From Octopus vulgaris (taxonomy: Eukaryota): 64,000 nucleotides of DNA. The stretch lies in contig OX597821.1 in the NCBI GenBank assembly GCA_951406725.2, positions 64,914,001 to 64,978,000 on the forward strand, in the 5' to 3' direction. Position numbers and translations under genes: made by a program. Position 1 is the stretch's first letter. Every line of letters begins with the position of its first letter. Positions 56,494 through 64,000 of the stretch are shown piece after piece. The notes under the pieces were generated by a model that was not told the DNA's origin, ran no database searches, and worked only from the letters and a program-made list of their open reading frames with translations.

Positions 56494-56918
56494 ACTCTTT
56501 ACTCTTTTACTCTTTTACTTGTTTCAGTCATTTGACTGCGGCCATGCTGGAGCACCGCCTTTAGTCGAGCAAGTCGACCCCGGGACTTACTCTTTGTAAG
56601 CCCAGTACTTATTCTATCGGTCTCTTTTGCCGAACCGCTAAGTGACGGGGATACATAAACACACCAGCAACGGTTGTCAAGCAATGCTAGAGTGAGACAA
56701 ACACAGACACACAAACACATACACACACACACATATATATATATACATATATACGACAGGCTTCTTTCAGTGTTCCGTCTACCAAATCCACTCACAAGGC
56801 ATTGGTCGGCCCGGGGCTATAGCAAAAGACACTTGCCCAAGATGCCACGCAGTGGGACTGAACCCGGAACCATGTGGTTGGTTAGCAAGCTACTTACCAC
56901 ACAGCCACTCCGCGCCTA
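56494..56918 (-). mobile_element. SINE family B, full length, young
   Basis: Near-consensus copy. Confidence 0.93.
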
Positions 56919-57404
56919 TATATCTAGTGATTTAAATACTAACGCTGAACCAGCATCGTAGTCCACGATAAAACCCCACACGGCATCACCTCAAACAATA
57001 TAATCCATTTTTCATTGATATTTCTCCCCATCAGTTTCATTCCATTCAAAACTGTTTGGTTGAAAGCTTTTCGGTTTTATTTGTTGTTTGATTTTCCTAC
57101 ATTGCTTTAACGTCTGTAACTTTTCATACATAACACTGTTAACCTGTCCTCTTCTGTCTTCTAATCAGCTGACCAAGTATTCGACACGGTTTGTTAGTGA
57201 CCCATAACGACATTGTTTCACTCGGGAACAGATTTTCTATCTAATAAATATTAAATATCTTCATACAATACTCTAGTATTCTGTTCTCATCTGTATGTAC
57301 GGTGTTGAAAATTTGTCCGCTACCGTATATGCGGAAACAAACATCTTCCCTAACAACACAGAATAATTATTATATTTGTGAATACGCACACACGCTAACA
57401 CACA

Positions 57405-57486
<82 letters not shown>

Positions 57487-57690
57487 CAAACACACGCAAA
57501 GCCGTATGTGTACAGATACGTTTATGGACTTGGATACGCTAAAAGAACGCGTATATTTACAAGATCATGCATTAGTCATATCTACAAACATACACAATTA
57601 AATATGTATAGTACCTATAAATATCAATGTATATATACACACACACATGTACACACACACACACATATATCTACATATATATATTCATAT

Positions 57691-57798
57691 GTGGAGGCGC
57701 AATGGCCAAGTGGTCAGGGTAGCGGACTTGCGTTCGGAGAATCGCGGTTTCGATTCCCAGACCGGGCGTTGGGTATGTTATTGAGCGAAAGCACCTAG
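57691..57798 (+). mobile_element. tRNA-like SINE head
   Basis: A box TGGCCAAGTGG and B-box-like GGTTTCGATTCC, no complete cloverleaf; followed by a family B fragment (-) at 57800-58070. Confidence 0.6.
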
Positions 57799-58534
57799 AA
57801 GCACCGCCTTGAAGAATTTTTAATCAAATGAATCTATCCAAGTACTTTTTTTTTTTTTTAGGTTTATACTTAATCTATCCATAGTTTTGCCAATCCGCTC
57901 AGTTACGGGGACGTAAAAACAATAACACCAATCGTTAACAGGTGTGGGGATGGGACAAACACAGACACATACACAAACATGCACGAAGGGCTTCTTTCAC
58001 TTTCTGTATATCAAATCCACTCATAAGGCTTTGGTCAGCCTGAGCCTATAGAAGATATTTACTTAAGATGTTGTTGGTTTTCCTAACTAATCAGTCTCTT
58101 ATTCATAAGAAAAAAAATAGGGGGCTTCTGAATCTTACCACCAAATAGCCTCATTTTCTAGACCTTGAAATTAAGAGAAACCGTTTTAAACAACCATATC
58201 ATTCATTATTGCGTGTCTCTTTTCAATCCATTTCACAGTTCAGTGTTATTAAATTATTTCTAACAAATACTTGCTGTTCTTCTTCACCCTTCAGTGGTCT
58301 TTGTGTTCCTAAGATGAAGTATTTCGATACAAGCAATGTTTTTCTTCACATCTGCAAAGCTATTTCTGACAGGAGATTTTCCCAGATATGTTAGTGAACG
58401 GAATTAAATGAACTCTGGAATCACAGGCACCTTAGTATTATATATATGAAAAAAGAAAAACACATACGCGTACAGCTTCTATTTTGCGAGTACTGTTGAT
58501 ACTCGAAGCACACGCGTGTGTCAGTTAAGATATA

Positions 58535-58566
<32 letters not shown>

Positions 58567-59440
58567 CTTTCTCTGTGTATGAGAGAGAGTATGTGTGTGT
58601 GTTTGAATGTGTGTGTGCGTGTGTCCATACGTGTGTGTGGTTTAATATACATTAATAAAGAGTCTATTTTCGAGTGTTCATTGGTTATTCAGTACATTTA
58701 ATTATATTTCTTTTCATATTTACTAAGTCCTTTGCTAAAATGCATTGCACAAAGATATATTTTCGTTACATTTGCGAGACTATATTTCTAATATTATTAT
58801 CATAACATCCTCTACTTTTAAATTCATATTAAATTAGTTTTCATTGGCCGCTTCCGTTTTCGAACACACTATAAAGAAATTTTTATTTTTCATATATACA
58901 TTTTACTACAGACGATATTATTTCTGGTACATATATGCATATGTGTTTTTATGTGTATCTGAGGGTGCAGAACCACAAGGGAAAAATAACAAAAAAAAGC
59001 TACGCCCTATTGTTCCATTATGTTTTGATCCGTTGGTGTTATATATCTTCATGAACAACAAACAAACAAACGAAAAATACGAGGTTTTGAACTTACAAAC
59101 TTTTCTAAGCTGGAGCCAAGTGAAACCGAACGATTGTCCACCCGTCTCTGTAGTTGATACGTATACCTATTAATATCATCTTAACAATAACTACAAGAAC
59201 ATAACACACGCGATATTTGCTTGATCATATATCTACGGGGGTGAGTCAGTATATATGTGTGTGTGTGTGTGTACATATGTATTTATAGATATATATATGT
59301 GTATATATGTATGTATATGTACGTACACACACGCACATATATGCATTTACGTATGTATGCATACGTATGCCTATATATGTATACTATATGAATGATATAT
59401 GTATATATATTTATATATGTATATATATATTTATGTATGT

Positions 59441-59492
<52 letters not shown>

Positions 59493-59550
59493 GAATAGGC
59501 AAATATATTTATAAATTTAAATATGTATATGTTTGAGTATTTATATATGC

Positions 59551-59598
<48 letters not shown>

Positions 59599-59742
59599 GT
59601 AAATGTATGCATATAAATTCTTATATATCTATATGTATGCGCGTATATATGTATGTATATGTATATATGTATGTATATGTATATATGTATATATGTATAA
59701 ATATATATATATGTATATATATATATATGTATATATAATATG

Positions 59743-59799
<57 letters not shown>

Positions 59800-60672
59800 A
59801 TATGTATGTATGTATGTGTGTGTGCGTGTATATATACTCACGTATGTGTATAATATGTAAGTATATCGTCGTCCCCACCCTGATCGTCCCCTAATGACTT
59901 CATATCTTTGCTATTGTTGGTTAGCTTTCTTCGTTCTTAGTACTTATTTGGTATTTTATTATTTTTTCTCCTTTTTTTTTGTATTTTTAGTTGTGGTGGT
60001 GTTGGTGCTGAATGGAATAAATCTTCATTTTTCTTGTTTTTTTTTTCTCGTTTGTTCTTTTTGTTTTTTGGTTTCTTTTAGTTTTTGATACATAACAGAT
60101 TTCCAGATAAACATGACAACTAACACGCTGTGCATGAAACTGCTTTCAAAATAAACACAAAGATAAGAAATGTGAAAAGAGAATTTTCCTTGATGCTCCT
60201 GCAGACACATACGCACACGCACAAACACACACACGCGCGCGCGCGCGCACTACACACATTCTACATACATCACATCACTACTACTAACACCACCACCATA
60301 CATATATATATATATATGTATATATATATACACACTTATGTGCATGTATATATATGTTTTTATGTGTGTAGTATATGCATATATGTGTGTATATAGATAC
60401 CTATATATATATATGTATATATATCTATATACATATTTATATATATATACACACATTGTGAACATATATATATAGATAGATAGATATAGATATTTACATT
60501 ATATACATAATATATATGCATATATATATACATACATATATACATACACATTTATATATATGTATACATACACACACACATATATATATTGCATATGCGT
60601 GTAGTATATTCATATATATGCATATATATGTGTGTATATATATACGCATATACATATGTACATATATATATG

Positions 60673-60714
<42 letters not shown>

Positions 60715-60864
60715 CATAATTCTCTAAAAGGGATATAGACAGTAACTGCTCGATAACATAAGGGACTAAAGCCATCTGAATATGGCTAGGGACAGGGCAG
60801 GGTGGTGGGGGTGTTACTGTTGCATTTAGCCCCAGGCGAACATTGACGTCACCAGAAAGGCTCG

Positions 60865-60947
<83 letters not shown>

Positions 60948-61080
60948 TTGTATGCATATATATAGATAAATATAGATATATACATTATATACATTATATA
61001 TATGCATATATATAAACATACATATATACATACATATTTATATATATGCAAACACACACACACGCGCGCATATATATATA

Positions 61081-61124
<44 letters not shown>

Positions 61125-61786
61125 CATACACACGCGGCGCGGACGCGCACATATATAGGTTTACTTACAAGCATATGTGGAGACATTAGTGTTGTTTTTA
61201 TCAATATATTTAAACAGATGGAACAAGAACAACAAATGTCTTTACGAAATGACCATTTGCTTTCATTTATTCTTTTGTCTTATTTATTTACCATTTCCTT
61301 TCTTGTGTTTCATTTACGATAATCATTTAAGCATGCTATTAAATACTTTTATAGATTACTTTGCATAACAAATCTGGCACCAATTTTCTTATTTTTGTGG
61401 GCGTGGTGGTACTCCACTCTAATGGAGTCCTAATGCTGCGGCATATCTAGTGGATAATTAGTAATTTTTCGTTCGTTTCTCTTCGCTTTTCTCGTTTTAC
61501 CTTCCGTAAAGGCAATCGTGTGCAACCCTACTTGAATGTGTAGTTGAAAAATAAAAGAGAAACCCTTCTTTTTTTATCTTTTTCGATGGCAGTGCTCGTA
61601 TTGATACATTGTATTTTTGTCGAGATGAAATTTTAAAAGTGACCATGGCACTTCTTAATATATATATATATATATTTCTTTTTTACTAAGGTACATAAAC
61701 ACCATTTCAGTTCTATATTTCAGAGATGAAGTATTATGTGCATTATTTACATTCGACGGATATTTGTCCGCATCTTGTTTGTTGTT

Positions 61787-61832
61787 AACACAACGTTTCG
61801 GCTGATATACCTTCCAGCTTTCATCAGGTGTT
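61787..61832 (-). ncRNA. Minimal hammerhead ribozyme, canonical core
   Basis: rc: AACAC CTGATGA A AGCTG..CAGCC GAAA CG TT GTGTT; stem I AACAC/GUGUU, GUU triplet. Confidence 0.8.
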
Positions 61833-62072
61833 TTGGGGAAATTTCGAACTTCAATTCTCATCCCTAAGGTATTTTTCGATGTCGTCGTCATCGTCGTCGT
61901 CATCATCGTCGTCGTCGTCGTCATCATCATCGTCATCATCGTCATCATCATTATTATTATTATTATTATTATTACTATTATTATTCAAGTCACTGCCTGG
62001 AATCGAGCTCGGAATCTTGGGGTTAGTAGCCCGTGCTCTTAACCACTTAACCCAGATTCGAAATTTCCGCAA

Positions 62073-62118
62073 GACATCTAATGAAAGCTGGGTGGTATAT
62101 CAGCCGAAATGTTGTGTT
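62073..62118 (+). ncRNA. Degenerate mirror copy of the 61787 hammerhead
   Basis: GACAT CTAATGA AAGCTG..CAGCC GAAA TG TT GTGTT (G5A change). Confidence 0.55.
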
Positions 62119-62314
62119 AACAACAAACAAGATGAGGACAAATATCTGTCAAATGTAAATAACGTATAAACACCATTGTTTGTCAGGTGAGTTGGTAAAG
62201 GACTAGAAAATTACTGACGATTTTTTTGTAAGGTTTAGGAGTTGCAATTCATTGAAGATTTGATTGGAGAAATATCGATATAATTTCCCACTTAATATTC
62301 ATTTGAAATTTGGC

Positions 62315-63455
62315 TCTCGTCTGTCTTTACGTTCTTAGTTCAAATTTCGCCGAGGTCGACTTTACCTTTCCTCCTTTCGGGATCAATAAATTAAGTACCA
62401 GTTGCTTACTGTTGTCCCCTCCCTAAAAATTCCGGGCCTTGTAACTAGAGAAAGAAAAGAATATCGATTTCAACTTGTGGTCCAAGGCCAGCAAATTTGT
62501 GAGAGGGGGTCGACTCCCAGTGTTCAACTGATACTAATTTTGTCGACTCCGAAATGATGAAAGGCTAAGTTGACTCCGTTGGCATTTGAACTCAGAACGT
62601 AAGGTCGGAAGAAATGTCGCTAAACAATTTTTCAGGTGCAATGACGATTTTTCCAGCTCACCTCCTTTCCCCACACCCACATAGTTTCAACAAATCTTGT
62701 AAGGCGACGAGCTGGCGGAATCGTTAGCACGCTGGGCAAAATGTTTAGCGGCAGTTCGTCCATCTTTGCATTCTGATTTCAAATTCCGTCAAGGTTAACT
62801 TTGCCTTTTATCCTTCGGGTACGATGAAATAAGTACCAGTTGAGTATTGGAGTCGATGCAAACGACTTATTTTCAACCCGGAAATTGCTTGCCATGTACC
62901 AAAATTCGAAACCAATATTTACGCGCAGGAGTTGTTGTGTGGTAAGTAGCTTGTTTACCAACCACAGGGTTCCGGGTTCAGTCCCACTGCGTGACAACTT
63001 GGGCAAGTGTCTTCTACTATAGACAAGAGCCTTGTGAGTAGATTTGCTACACGGAAACTGAAAGAAGCCCGTCGTATATAAGTGTGTGTGTATGTGTACT
63101 CCCAACATCGCTTGACAACCGATGTTGGTGTGTTTACGTCGGAAACAATGCGTAGCGGTATTTCGTCCGTCTTTACGCTCTGAATTCAAATTCCTCTGGG
63201 TGTGGGCTTTGCCTTTCATCATTTCGGGTTCGACAAAATGAGTATCTGTTGAACACTAGGGTCGAGGCAATCGATTTAAGCACTCCACCAAAATTGCTGG
63301 CTTCGTGACAAAATTTGAAAGCAATATATTTCCCACTTCATATTTACCAGTCTCAAGACGACGAGCTGGTAAAATCGAGAGCGCGTCGGAAAATCATTTA
63401 GAGGCATGTCTCCCGACTTTTTACGTTCATAGTTCGCAGCCTGAGGAGGTCAACT
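62315..63455. mobile_element. Dense cluster of SINE family A copies with a family B copy at 62924-63140
   Basis: Repeated head, B-box and central blocks. Confidence 0.75.
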
Positions 63456-63456
63456 A

Positions 63457-63680
63457 TACTCTTTACTCTTTTACTTGTTTCAGTCATTTGACAGCGGTCA
63501 TGCTGGGGCACCGCCTTTAGTCGAGCAAATCAACCCCAGGACTTATTCTTTATAAGCCTAGTACTTATTCTATCGGTCTCTTTTGTCGAACCGCTAATTG
63601 ACGGAGACATAAACACACCAGCATTGGTCGTCAAGCAATGGTAGGAGGACAAACACAGACACACAAACATATATACATAT

Positions 63681-63713
<33 letters not shown>

Positions 63714-63883
63714 TATACACGACGGGCTTCCTTCAGTTTCCATCTACCAAATCCACTCATAAGGCTTTGGTCGGCCCGAGGCTATAGTAGAAGACACTTG
63801 CCCAAGATGCCACGCAGTGGGAATGAACCCGGAACCATGTGGCTGGTAAGCAAGCTACTTACGACACAGCCACTCCTTCGCCT
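63457..63883 (-). mobile_element. SINE family B, full length, nested inside a family A copy
   Basis: Family A sequence GAGGTCAACT resumes as CCTTTCATCTTTCCAGGGTCGATAAA after 63880. Confidence 0.88.
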
Positions 63884-64000
63884 TTCATCTTTCCAGGGTC
63901 GATAAATAAATTATCAGTCAAGTACTGGATTCGCTGAAATCTTATAAACCCCTGGCCCTACAGTCATTTAGCAGACCATTGAAGAACGACCCTCGAGCCA

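Larger units (their letters stand above)
61707..62165 (-). mobile_element. tRNA-headed, HHR-tailed element with inverted 5' arm and 12-bp TSD
   Basis: ATAAACACCATT at 61695-61706 and 62166-62177; tRNA-like head 61985-62053; HHR arms in inverted orientation. Confidence 0.75.

Noticed and set aside
57691-57775. tRNA gene candidates here and at 61985-62053
   Set aside because: No complete acceptor stem or cloverleaf; they behave as SINE heads

Overview
AT-rich, repeat-saturated, non-genic eukaryotic DNA. The SINE families and microsatellite load look like a cephalopod (Octopus-like) genome; this is inferred from repeat sequence only. No host protein-coding exon could be supported, and almost all ORF-track entries are microsatellite artefacts. 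The window holds two families of Penelope-like retroelements (PLEs; RT plus C-terminal GIY-YIG, Neptune-type Cys linker), one as a 4.4-kb head-to-head inverted duplication nested in a SINE. It also holds three relics of an R4/Dong-type RLE retrotransposon sitting in (CATA)n, RTE relics, a probable non-autonomous Helitron, and dozens of tRNA-derived SINE copies. The main hidden signal is about 19 minimal type-I hammerhead ribozyme (HHR) motifs from roughly a dozen unrelated short non-coding repeat families. Most are embedded in or next to (TA)n tracts, often with Penelope-style inverted or tandem architecture. They include U3-A8 and U4C core variants and one tRNA-headed, TSD-flanked HHR element. 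Together they suggest an ecosystem of ribozyme-bearing non-autonomous retroelements (retrozyme-like) mobilised by microsatellite-targeting PLEs. All folds were read by eye and activity is untested.
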